Source: Saprolegnia diclina VS20
Taxonomy: Eukaryota
Length of the DNA stretch: 63,001 nucleotides
NCBI RefSeq assembly: GCF_000281045.1
Contig: NW_008246082.1
Span: 723,374-786,374 of the forward strand
Direction: 5' to 3'
Position 1 is the stretch's first letter; each line of letters begins with the position of its first letter. The notes under the pieces were generated by a model that was not told where the DNA came from, searched no databases, and saw only the letters and a list, made by a program, of their open reading frames with translations. This document shows positions 1 to 10,616 of the stretch, piece after piece. Both the position numbers and the translations under genes were made by a program.

Positions 1-560
1 GTGCAGATGCGCCGCGGATCTTGCGTGCGCCATGGCCGTGCCCATCTCGTCGCAAATGCGGTCGAACATGGACTGCTCCAGCGTCAAAACGCGGGACTGC
101 GTGGCCTCCACAGCGCGCAAGATCACGCTAGTGATGACATCGTCCAGCGCTCCATCTGCGGCAGAGAGACGATCGACCAAGTCGTTGCCCGTAGAGCGAA
201 TGCCGGCGATAGCAAGTCGTATTGTTGCGAGCATGCGTTGCAGCTCCTGCACCTCGCCCATGACGCTGCGGACCGTGTCGGCGATGCGTTGTGTCTCACT
301 GGGGATCGAAACAACGCGTCGCCCACCGAAGTGCTTGGTGGAGGTGCTTCCGTGGCCGCGATCGGGGTGGCCGGCGTCGTGGCTTGCATGGTCATGTCAA
401 CGTCGGCTTCTTCGACGACCTGCGTGTTCGGGCGCTTGGCTGCCGGCTCCTCGTCATCGCTCGCCGCCGATGCACGAGCGCGCTTGCTTTGGCGTGATGA
501 GCTTGGACTCGCTTGCTCGGAGGTCTGCTCGTTCTCCAGCGTCGAGGCTGCGGTCGACTC
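1..560 (-). pseudogene. Frameshifted ORF of unknown function (low-complexity N-terminus, then helical region), runs off the window start; possibly a retroelement ORF1/gag
   Basis: Minus ORF MESTAASTLENEQ... shifts frame near 270 into MGEVQELQRMLATIRLAIAG..., which stays open to position 1. No family motif recognised. Confidence 0.25.
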
Positions 561-923
561 CATATCACGTGCGATCTTGCACTGCAAGCCGCCTGCGCTG
601 CCGATGACGGCGACGGGGACCCAAGCCGTGGTTCAGAAGCCCGGCCGCAATGCGGCTTCGGGCACGCGGCTGGTGGCCGACGAGAACACGACGCCTCCAG
701 CGTTGAAAAAGGTGAAGCGCACCCCCCTGGGCGACGTTAGCAGTCGCCTCAACGTTGTGTTCTAGACGCGACCGCGGCCTCTTCCTGAAGGACCGCATCG
801 TATTTTTATTCACACTCTTATTTTATTATCCCACCTGTTTGCCTCCGCTCTTTGGTTTGCCCTACCCACAGAAAAGCACGAAACTGGTTTGCCACCAGGC
901 GTGAATTTGCATGGGCGGACGGT

Positions 924-2270
924 TTATGGCACGCCCTTTAAGTTTATGGTCTTAGTGTTACTGCAACGTTTCTTGTTCATTAGACCGCCGATCGGGTCCG
1001 CGATGCCACCGTTCGGCCATTCTGCGTTGGTGGACGGCGTGGTCGGGTGTTCCAAAAGTGAAAAAAATAAATGTTTTTTGGATCTCGAACACCTGGGCGT
1101 GCTGGTGAAGTCTGAGGGTCCAAGACTGACGTCGACCGGGTACTGCGCTACGATGTTGAACGCGGGGCCTTTGAACGGCGTGGTGGCGACGTCGGGAGGT
1201 CCAAGACCGAGACCGATCGGGTCCGCGATGCTACCTTTCGGCCGTTTTGAGTTGTTGAACGGTGTGGTGGCGCCGGTGCATGGGCGATTCGACGCTGCTT
1301 GGGTACCGATATCGTCTGTGAGACCCATCGAGATGGCTCGTTTCCTGTCACTGGCATGGACGAGCCAAGTCCAGGCATGCGGTGGGATCGGGGCGGAACG
1401 TCAGCCACCGGCGCAAGCTGTGCTTCCTGTTGGTCATCGCGATGGTCGTCATCGTCGTTGTTGTTGCCACCATCAAAGAGGTGTGGCAACTCGTTTGGTG
1501 CAGACGATGGTACAGGGTCCGGGAAGCGAGAGTCGTGGAACGCCAAGGTCGTCGACGTCTTGGGCAGTGACGAGTCCTTGGCCATTGGTACGGCTTGTTT
1601 GGGAGCTGGCGTGGCAAAGATTTTGGGTACCAGTGGCGACGTACGTTCTTGTGGGACTGCGATCGTTGGCGTCGCGACCTCGATCGGTGCAGGTTTCGCC
1701 GGCGCTTGTACCATATTGGGGTTGCTTCCCGTGCTTTCGACCGGTGAGGTGACGGCGCGGGGACTCTCGTAGAAGTCGTACCTAGCACGTCGCATCAGCA
1801 TTTCGAGCATAGTATCTGTAAGAACGTGCGAAATCTCTAGAGAGGCGGTGAGCGCGAGCGTGATGCGACTACAATGGAACAAGTCGCGCTTCTCGCCGTC
1901 ACCTACAGGGCGTCAGCCAACTTCGTCAACAGATAGGCCATGAACCTACCCAGGTACTGGCCGTCGACAATGACGGTGTCACCTGGATGCGCCGATACCT
2001 TCACGGTGTCGCCGCTTGGGTCGAAAATGATATGGCGATTGGCGCACTCTGCGATGTCGAGGCGCTCTTGCTCGGTCGCCAGTTTGAAGGCCTCGACGAA
2101 GAAGCAGCCGCCGATCACCAGAGTGGATGACCTACATGACGACCCGCGTATGGGCTGCAGAAGCCAAAGCCATTGACGTACCCGAGGATGTAGCGTCGTA
2201 GCTTCAGCGTCGTCGCATCATCGAGAGCGGCCGGCGGGAAATTGGTCGGATCCAGGTACAGGATGCGCAT
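924..2270 (-). CDS. Multi-exon hypothetical protein with an internally repeated C-terminal region
   Basis: Exon-like segments MRILYLDPTNF...YILG (GT donor near 2180), 1903-2118 and 1148-1835. Repeated peptides TTP...IADPIG near 982-1045 and 1204-1272. Confidence 0.4.
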
Positions 2271-3380
2271 GGCTAGCGTGTGGCTGAGCGTCTGGCAACT
2301 TTGCAATTGGTGGGTATTTCCGGTGCATGACTTCATGCAGCTAATTTCACGCACATAAAGAGCGACAAGGGAGCTCTGTAGTGTACTAGTATGGGGCAAT
2401 GTCGAGGTTGAAGTTTGGCGACAGAAGAGGACTGGTGCAAGACACGGAAGGTGCAAATCTCTATAAAGGACTTGCACACATACAGACAGAGCAACCTCGT
2501 CGCGCTATGGGGCGTACAGACGTGGCACTACGTTTGAGTTGCGTGCGATTAGATTGTTAACATGAACGAATAAGCTGCAGTATCTTTTTGGAAGGGACGA
2601 ATTGGCATTGTTATCTGGAAATCGGACCTGGCAACCTCGAGACGGATCAAGTTGTCGCTTCAGTACAGTATACACCAGGTTTCCAGAGACTGTACTAGTA
2701 GCAGGGTACTTGTATTGATATATCTACCACAAGTCTTTGTCTCAGAACCGATGTATGCAGATAGAAGTTGAGATTCTAATCTTGAATCGAGGACTATCCT
2801 GACACGACTGACTAATAGGCTGTTGAAGGACGTGCGCCGTAGTCGCTCAGCTGGCTCTTGACCTGCAGCTGTGCGGCCACGTCCTTCTTGAGCGCTGATA
2901 TTGAAGCGCGCATGCCGACTTGAAAGTCTTCGGTTGCCGCCCCTTTTTTCTCGTCGTCCGACTTGAGCACGACCTCGTGGACCGCCGGGTTCAATTTACC
3001 CACGTGCGCGTCCATCTTTTTGGTTCTTTAGCGCCAGCACCGATCGAGATGCACGGCATTCTCTATTTCAAGTTTCCTATCGATGACGCAAAACACTCAT
3101 TGGCTGAAATTCGCTGCTCATCATGATGGTACACGGCCTTTGACTGTCGCTCGCACAGCGGTCGCGTAACACGCTTGACGATCACACGAGCCTTGCGCCT
3201 CTGCCTTGCATCGTCCTGGTCCTAACATGGATTCTAACATATTATAATTCAAACTTCATCGTTACGACATTCCAACGATATTATATACAAAACAAGTGTT
3301 TGGAATTCGTTTTTCGTGGGCTTGGGCCAAACGAAAAAAATGACTGGCACCAGTCATTTTTTAGTTGGTCATAAATCGCC

Positions 3381-5747
3381 ATGGCTCCGCCCCGCCGCCG
3401 CAACAAGACCGCCACGAAGGACCAGTACGCCGCCCTCTCGACCGAAGAGCGCAAGGCTGCCGGTGCCGAGGCCAAGAACCGCGGTAACGCTGCCTACACG
3501 GCTGCGGACTTCGCCACGGCCATCAAGGAGTTCACGACTGCCATCGCGTACGAGCCCCACAACCACGCGTACTACTCGAACCGCTCGGCCGCCTATTTGA
3601 GCAACGGCAACGCGGCGCCCGCGATGGCCGATGCCAACAAGTGCATTGAGATCGACGCCAAGTGGGGCAAGGGNNNNNNNNNNNNNNNNNNNNNNNNNNN
3701 NNNNNNNNNNNNNNNNNNNNNNNNNNNNNNNNNNNNNNNNNNNNNNNNNNNNNNNNNNNNNNNNNNNNNNNNNNNNNNNNNNNNNNNNNNNNNNNNNNNN
3801 NNNNNNNNNNNNNNNNNNNNNNNNNNNNNNNNNNNNNNNNNNNNNNNNNNNNNNNNNNNNNNNNNNNNNNNNNNNNNNNNNNNNNNNNNNNNNNNNNNNN
3901 NNNNNNNNNNNNNNNNNNNNNNNNNNNNNNNNNNNNNNNNNNNNNNNNNNNNNNNNNNNNNNNNNNNNNNNNNNNNNNNNNNNNNNNNNNNNNNNNNNNN
4001 NNNNNNNNNNNNNNNNNNNNNNNNNNNNNNNNNNNNNNNNNNNNNNNNNNNNNNNNNNNNNNNNNNNNNNNNNNNNNNNNNNNNNNNNNNNNNNNNNNNN
4101 NNNNNNNNNNNNNNNNNNNNNNNNNNNNNNNNNNNNNNNNNNNNNNNNNNNNNNNNNNNNNNNNNNNNNNNNNNNNNNNNNNNNNNNNNNNNNNNNNNNN
4201 NNNNNNNNNNNNNNNNNNNNNNNNNNNNNNNNNNNNNNNNNNNNNNNNNNNNNNNNNNNNNNNNNNNNNNNGAGGACAAGCGCTTTTCGCCCGAGGAGAT
4301 CTCGTCGATGGTCCTTACGCGCATGAAGGAGACAGCGGAGAACTACCTCGGCCAGGAGATCAAGCAGGCTGTTGTCACGGTCCCTGCGTACTTCAACGAC
4401 CAGCAGCGCCAGTCGACGAAGGATGCCGGTGCCATTGCCGGCCTCGACGTCAAGCGCATCATCAACGAGCCCACGGCCGCCGCCCTCGCGTACGGCTTGG
4501 ACACGAACGCCGGTGCCGATGGCTCGAAGACCAACATCCTCATCTTCGATCTCGGTGGTGGTACCTTCGATGTGTCGATCCTCTCGATCGAGAACGGCAT
4601 CTTCGAAGTCAAGTCGACGGGCGGTGACACGCATCTCGGTGGTGAAGATTTCGACTCGAACATGGTCGACTTCCTCGTCACGGAGTTCAAGCGCAAGAAC
4701 AAGGGCCTTGACCCCACGTCGTCGGCTCGCTCGATGCGCCGTCTCCGCACGGCCTGCGAGTCGGCCAAGCGCATGCTTTCCACGACGACGTCGGCTTCGA
4801 TCGAGGTTGATTCGCTCTTCGAGGGCGTTGACTTCTCGTCGACGATGACGCGCGCCAAGTTCGAGTCGCTCAACGAAGAGTGCTTCAAGCGCACGGAGGA
4901 GACCGTCCTCAAGGTGCTCGCCGACGCCAACATGCAGCCCGGTGACATCACGGAGCTCGTCCTTGTCGGCGGTTCCACGCGTATCCCCAAGGTGCAGAAC
5001 ATGCTCTCGGCTGTCTTCGGCGGCAAGGAGCTCTCGAAGTCGATCAACCCGGATGAGGCCGTCGCGTACGGTGCTGCCGTCCAGGGCGCCATCCTCTCGG
5101 GCATCCGCAACGACGCCACGAACTCGCTCCTCCTCGTCGATGTGACGCCGCTCTCGCTCGGTATTGAGCTTGTTGGCAAGGTCATGTCGGTGCTCATCAA
5201 GCGCAACACGGCGATTCCCGTCAAGAAGACGCGCATCTACACGACCGAAGAGGACTGGCAGACGACGGAGAAGGTCGTTATCTTCGAAGGCGAGCGTGCC
5301 TGCGTCGTCGACAACAACAAACTCGGCGAGTTCGAGATCTCGGGCATTGAGCGCGCCAAGCGCGGCGAGCCGCAGATCGAAGTCACGTTCGAGATCGATG
5401 CCAACGGTATCCTCCACGTCTCGGCCCGCGACAAGAAGACGGGTGCCAAGAACGCGACGACGATCTCCAACAACCGCGGCCGCCTCACCCAGCAGGACAT
5501 TGACCGCATGGTCGAAGAGGCCGAGAAGTTCAAGAAGGATGACGCGCAGATGCTCAAGCGCATCGACGCCCGCAACGACCTCGAGGGCTACCTCTACCGC
5601 GCGCTCGAAGCCGCCTCCAAGAAGAACGACGCGGCCGCCCAGACCGCGCTTTGCGAAGCCCGTGACTGGATGGACGACAACGAGGAACTCACGGTGCGCG
5701 AACTCGAAGACAAGCGTCGTGTCCTCGAGCGCACGTACAAGTATTAG
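3381..5747 (+). CDS. Hsp70-family chaperone with an N-terminal Sti1/HOP-like TPR domain (spans gap 3674-4271)
   Basis: TPR motifs AKNRGNAAY and YSNRSAAY. Hsp70 signatures [67 protein letters not shown]. Ends RVLERTYKY, with no EEVD. Confidence 0.93.
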   Translation: MAPPRRRNKTATKDQYAALSTEERKAAGAEAKNRGNAAYTAADFATAIKEFTTAIAYEPHNHAYYSNRSAAYLSNGNAAPAMADANKCIEIDAKWGKXXXXXXXXXXXXXXXXXXXXXXXXXXXXXXXXXXXXXXXXXXXXXXXXXXXXXXXXXXXXXXXXXXXXXXXXXXXXXXXXXXXXXXXXXXXXXXXXXXXXXXXXXXXXXXXXXXXXXXXXXXXXXXXXXXXXXXXXXXXXXXXXXXXXXXXXXXXXXXXXXXXXXXXXXXXXXXXXXXXXXXXXXXXXXXXXXXXXXXXXEDKRFSPEEISSMVLTRMKETAENYLGQEIKQAVVTVPAYFNDQQRQSTKDAGAIAGLDVKRIINEPTAAALAYGLDTNAGADGSKTNILIFDLGGGTFDVSILSIENGIFEVKSTGGDTHLGGEDFDSNMVDFLVTEFKRKNKGLDPTSSARSMRRLRTACESAKRMLSTTTSASIEVDSLFEGVDFSSTMTRAKFESLNEECFKRTEETVLKVLADANMQPGDITELVLVGGSTRIPKVQNMLSAVFGGKELSKSINPDEAVAYGAAVQGAILSGIRNDATNSLLLVDVTPLSLGIELVGKVMSVLIKRNTAIPVKKTRIYTTEEDWQTTEKVVIFEGERACVVDNNKLGEFEISGIERAKRGEPQIEVTFEIDANGILHVSARDKKTGAKNATTISNNRGRLTQQDIDRMVEEAEKFKKDDAQMLKRIDARNDLEGYLYRALEAASKKNDAAAQTALCEARDWMDDNEELTVRELEDKRRVLERTYKY

Positions 5748-5831
5748 ATCATCATCGCTGCTCGCCACCCACGCTAACTCTAATAATATGCCAGTGGCCG
5801 CCAACACAATATTTAGTCTCTTACTATAGTA

Positions 5832-8215
5832 CTACGGAATAGTCCCGTAGTTGAAAGACGGCCGGGTTCTGCTGTTGGCCGTGGACGTCGCGTCGCCTCG
5901 CAGCAGGTGCGCGTGGATGAAGCTCAGGAACCGGAGCGCGTACTCGGGTGGTGGCAGCGCCGTGATCTTTCTTCGGTCTTGCACGAACGAGAGCACGAGG
6001 TGCTGGAGCTTCCACGCGATCGTGTAGTGCTGCAGAATGTCGATGAAGCCAACATAGTACACTTGGCGCTGGTCGGCCGACACGATCGCATTCTTGGCCA
6101 GCGACTCCTACGCCACGTTTCTCACCTTTCCATAAGCATATCCTAGTACCTCCGAGTCCTTGGAGGCGTCAAAGGGGCGGATGCCCAAGATGCAGCTGTA
6201 GTCCATGATGCCCATCTCCTGGAGGAAGCCGCAGTCGCTCGTCATCTGCGTGAGGAGCTCGAGGCGCACGTCCGACGTGACGTGCAGGTACGTGCCGCGG
6301 TCGACAAACTCGTCGTCGTGGAGCAAGTGCGTTGGTTTGGGCTGCGGCGGGCTCAGCAATCGAGTCTCCGGTTCGCGAATGTAGACGCGCAGCGGCGGCA
6401 AGAGGGCAGGCGCGAACGTGCCCTTGAGGTCATACCGCTCGTCGATGCGGTCCGTGCAGAGCACGTTCTCCATGACGACAAAGAACATTTTGTTCCAGCC
6501 CACGGGCAGCTGCATCCTACGAGAGCACGATATACGATCTGAGAGCGATCGGGAGACGACGTACGAGTGGCAGCCAACGTAGCGCACAAGGAGGCTCTTG
6601 GGCTGGCTGCGCACGTACGCGTGGTACGCCGGCAGGATGCGCATCAGGAACGCGTGCTCGTCCTTGGTCATCGTCTTGACAATGTACTTGCGGTCGTTCG
6701 TAAAGTAAAAGAGCATGCCCGACTTGCCCTCGGACGCGGTCTCGGAGAGCGTGCCCGTGAAGCTCGTCTCGTACGCGCCAGCCTCGATGCCCGCGAGCGA
6801 CCGAAGGTTCTCAAAGATCCGCGGCGCGTAGTCGGTGAAGCCGAGCTTTTCGTAGTAGACCTTGAGCTTGTTCGAGTTGAGGCGGACAGTGGTCGCAAGC
6901 CGCTTCTTCTCGACGTACAAGCCCGGCGCGTCGAGGTCTGTCTCCTCCATGGACCGCAGCGACCCGAACGAGTGCGACCGGCTCGGCACGACTACGTCGG
7001 ATGTCGAGTACGTTGCAAAGACGGACCGGGCGCGCTCGAGGCGGTGCGGCGACGCTTCGCGCAGCTCGTGCAAGCTGCGGATGATGCCCACCGAGGTATA
7101 TCTACCTCGTATCAGATACCAGTGTTTCGAGAACAGAAGCGCTGTCTACCGCAAGAGGTCTTTTCGAAGCGACGTGCTAAAGTGGTCGGTCATGCCGTCG
7201 CTGTCGTCGGCGACCGGCGTCTCGGCGCGGCCACCGCCGAGGTGCTCGACGAGGTCCGTGTTGATGCTCCAGACGGCGAGCACGAAGAGCGGGTACAAGC
7301 CAAAGACGACTGCGAGCGTGAGCTGGATGTGGTGCGCGACGACGCCCGAAAAGGACTGGAGGTAGTCGCTGTAGTAGAGGCCGCCGCAGACGACCCAAAA
7401 GAGCCCGTACATGACGAGGTACCGGAAGTACTGGAGCAGCGACCGCCGCTTGGCGCGATATGTCGAGTCGAGCTGCCGCCGCGCAAAGCGAAAGGTCGCA
7501 AAGAGGAGCACGCCGAACGAGACGAGCCAGACGACAACGAGTGGCGCAAAGAGGAGGACCCAGTACGTCTCGTTGGTCTCGCGCACGCTCGCCGTGCGGT
7601 GCACCCAGCAAAGGTTGAGGCTCGAGAGACCGTAGAGACGGAACGAGTACATGGCCGCGGCCGAAATCGCGCTCAGCGACCACGTACTACACGCATTATG
7701 AGCATTCCAGACCGAGGACCAGTGGCGCGGACATGGTGTGGTACGTCCACGTCTTGACAGCGTAGCCCATCCACGGGTTCATGAGCGCAATGAAGAGATC
7801 GAACGACAGCATGAGGTACCAGAGACCGCTGCCGAGGAGGAAGAACTAGCATCCATCATCGCATGAGCCAATGTACTGGCACCGCCAGCCGCACCTGGTT
7901 GTACATGGACAAGAGGACGCAGTCGTCGTCTGTGACGGCGCCGTCGCCCTACAAGCGCGCTGTAGCCATCCTGCGCGGTGGAGAAGGAGGTAGATGTCAT
8001 ACCTGCAGAAAGTACTGCGCCACAAAGCCGAGCGTGAGCATAAAGTTGCAGTAGACGTGCCAGACCATGAGGTTGGCCGCGGGATGCTGCCGCTTGAGCT
8101 GCGGGAAGACCATGTACGAGAGCAGCGTGCAGAGATGCAGCGCGCAGCCCACGAGGCCCATGTACAAGTACACGCGGCTGCTGGCCGCCACGTCCAGCGC
8201 GTCGTAGGCCGCCAT
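5832..8215 (-). CDS. GPCR-PIPK: 7TM receptor-like domain fused to a phosphatidylinositol phosphate kinase (multi-exon)
   Basis: Hydrophobic TM exons at 7146-8215. PIPK motifs DYAPRIF, EGKSGMLFYFT, YIVKT, YDLKG, MDYS, YYVGFIDILQHY and PPEYALRF at 5832-7091. The architecture is an established oomycete family. Confidence 0.9.
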
Positions 8216-8672
8216 CGCAAATCTTGAATCCGCGTTATTTTATTGCATTAGCATCACCAGGTAATTAAATACGAGCGACGCATCCGGATACGGGGCAGCC
8301 GGCACCGAGTGTTGGCAGCAACTTCAACTGCCGCAAGCCGCCGAGTCTCAGGGGCGCTGGACGACGCGGCAGGCCCTGCTGTCGGCGCCACAGGCCCTAC
8401 GACGCATGGTCGTTGGCTCAGAGCCAACTGCAGCAGCGACGACTGCCGAACGGACGCGGTACACGGAAGCGAGACGGTAGCAGCATGCCAAGGCCAAAGG
8501 GTTGCCCAACGACCCGAGTGCACGCGTGTGAAGAATGTGGCTGCATGGACCGGCGCACGGGGTCGGACGCAGCGGCGACGTGTCGCGTCAGGAACGTTGG
8601 CGGCGCATCCGGATACGGTGCCACGGCGTGCGGAAGATTTTGGGCAGAAACGACCGAAGCCAAGAAGCGACG

Positions 8673-10108
8673 ATGGCCAGCTGGATGCGCTCGGGGGTAC
8701 GTCTGCATGGCCAGCGACTGCGTCTCATGCGCCGAGTGAGCGTAGCTGCAGAACGTCGTCGACGGATCGCGACGGTGCGTGGGCTAGGCTATCGCCAGCT
8801 TCTGACGGCTAAAGTCTCTAGGCTCAAGGAAGAGATCCTCCAAAACGCAGGCGTCTACGGCGCCGGGTATTCGGACCCAGTCCTCGAAGCACGCACGCAG
8901 CGGTAGTGCACTCTCGAGACAATGCCATTGACACGACCGTGTGTATGTAGGTATGCACAGCACAGCGTTGCGATCGACCGGCTCCACGCAGCGACGACGA
9001 CGTACATCAAGCAGCTCGACGCGCTATCGGTCGCGTCCACGAGCCTCGCGCACGAATTCAAGAGCTACTTCAACATGCAGCTCTCTCACGGTACGTCCGA
9101 TTTGTATTGGGAACACGCTTGCATGACGTCCATGTAGCCACGGGCCAAGACGACGCGTCGGATGGGCTTGTGGGGTGCGAGTGGTGCTTTGTCGAGAAGG
9201 GACACTCAGGCTCCGTACGCTAGGCAGCTCGCCCGCGCGTCCGACTGTCTCGAGACGCTGCACTGGACGCTCAAGCAGCACGTCGTTGACGCGTCGGCGT
9301 CCATGCTCACGGAGAAGGTGCTCAAGCCACTTGGCAAGCTCAAGCAGGACGCTGCTGGGACGCAAAAGACCATCCAGCAGCGCAAGCAAAAGGTGTGTGT
9401 TTCCATTTTGCCGCGGATTTCTCACGCTACATGCAGATCCTGGACTTTGACGCGCTTCGGCGGTCCACGGGCACGAGCCGTCCGTCGGCGGAAGCACAGA
9501 CGCGGCTGCGCACGTCCGAGGAAGCGGTCGTTGCGGTCACGACGCAGCTCAACGCGGCGCTGGACGCGCTCGAAGCCCAGCGTGGATACCTTCTTCGCAC
9601 CGAACTTCTCTCGCTCTCGGCGTCCCATGTACATGCCACCTCGACCCTTATGATGATTGTCCAATATCTGTGGATACATCTAGGTCTTTGCATCGAGCAA
9701 GAGCGCCGAGACCTTCCAGCAGCTCATCCCGCTCATGCCCGGCATGGGCTTTTGGCTCACGGAGCTGAGTGGCAAGTCGGCGGGCTTGGTGGACCCGACT
9801 GCGGGTCCGGTGCCTGGTATCTTGGACTATGCGGGGCCAGACGCTGTGCTCTCGTCGCCGGTCAATGCGATGAGCCTCCTCGATCTCCCAACGACCGACG
9901 TTCCACGCTTGAACGACCAAGACCCGTTTGAGGTACCTTGGGCCAGCACGTAACTTTGCTCACGAGCGCGACGTAGCGCATGCACTGCGCGCAGCAGCTG
10001 GCGCAAGAGACGTACCAAGCGGCGCCCGAAGCGACCCGCGATGCAACGCCAACGACGAGCAGCAACCCCGTCGATGCGTTCGACGTGGGACTGCAGTGGA
10101 TGAGCTAG
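8673..10108 (+). CDS. Multi-exon helical protein, likely BAR-domain type
   Basis: Short-intron exons KVSRLKEEILQNAG, YAQHSVAIDRLHAATTTYIKQLDAL, LTEKVLKPLGKLK...IQQRKQK and ILDFDALRR fit a BAR helix pattern. Confidence 0.6.
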
Positions 10109-10616
10109 AGCGATACCAGATGCGCCACCATTGCATTTTACAGACGTAAGAATAGCTACAACACGGTTTGCTCTTCCAAGCTAGCTGCTGCTCTATACGA
10201 CTACACTACTACACTGTAGTACTGGCGGTGGATTCTCGTGATAACGGACTTGAGAACAGCGCTGTGATGGGATGGCGCTTGCCACAGAAGTTCTATGGCC
10301 TGTAGTTGATACACGACTCCTCGATCCATTCTAACGTTATTTGGATAGATGGATAGTTGGATAGATAAGGAAATTCCCCGCGCGCGCGGAAACTTCAAAC
10401 TGGGTTTGGCCGGGCAGAGGTCGCGACCGGATAATGTCGGGTAGTATCCGGCGGTGTTTCCATGCACCATACAAATGGCCCAGTGATTTGTTTTAAATTT
10501 CAAATCTGTATCCGGATTTTACCCAGTCAGACGCTACTGTGGACGGCGACGGTACGCGCGCATGGTCCTCGACGGCAAAGCTCATCATGGCGCGACGGTG
10601 CTAGGTAGACAGCAGC

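Noticed and set aside
2812..3015. Possible ubiquitin-like or Crinkler N-terminal fragment
   Set aside because: Only a vague pattern; no LFLAK-type motif or downstream domain.
3369..5807. 812-aa antisense ORF over Hsp70
   Set aside because: A familiar shadow ORF produced by codon bias in GC-rich Hsp70 genes; no independent evidence.
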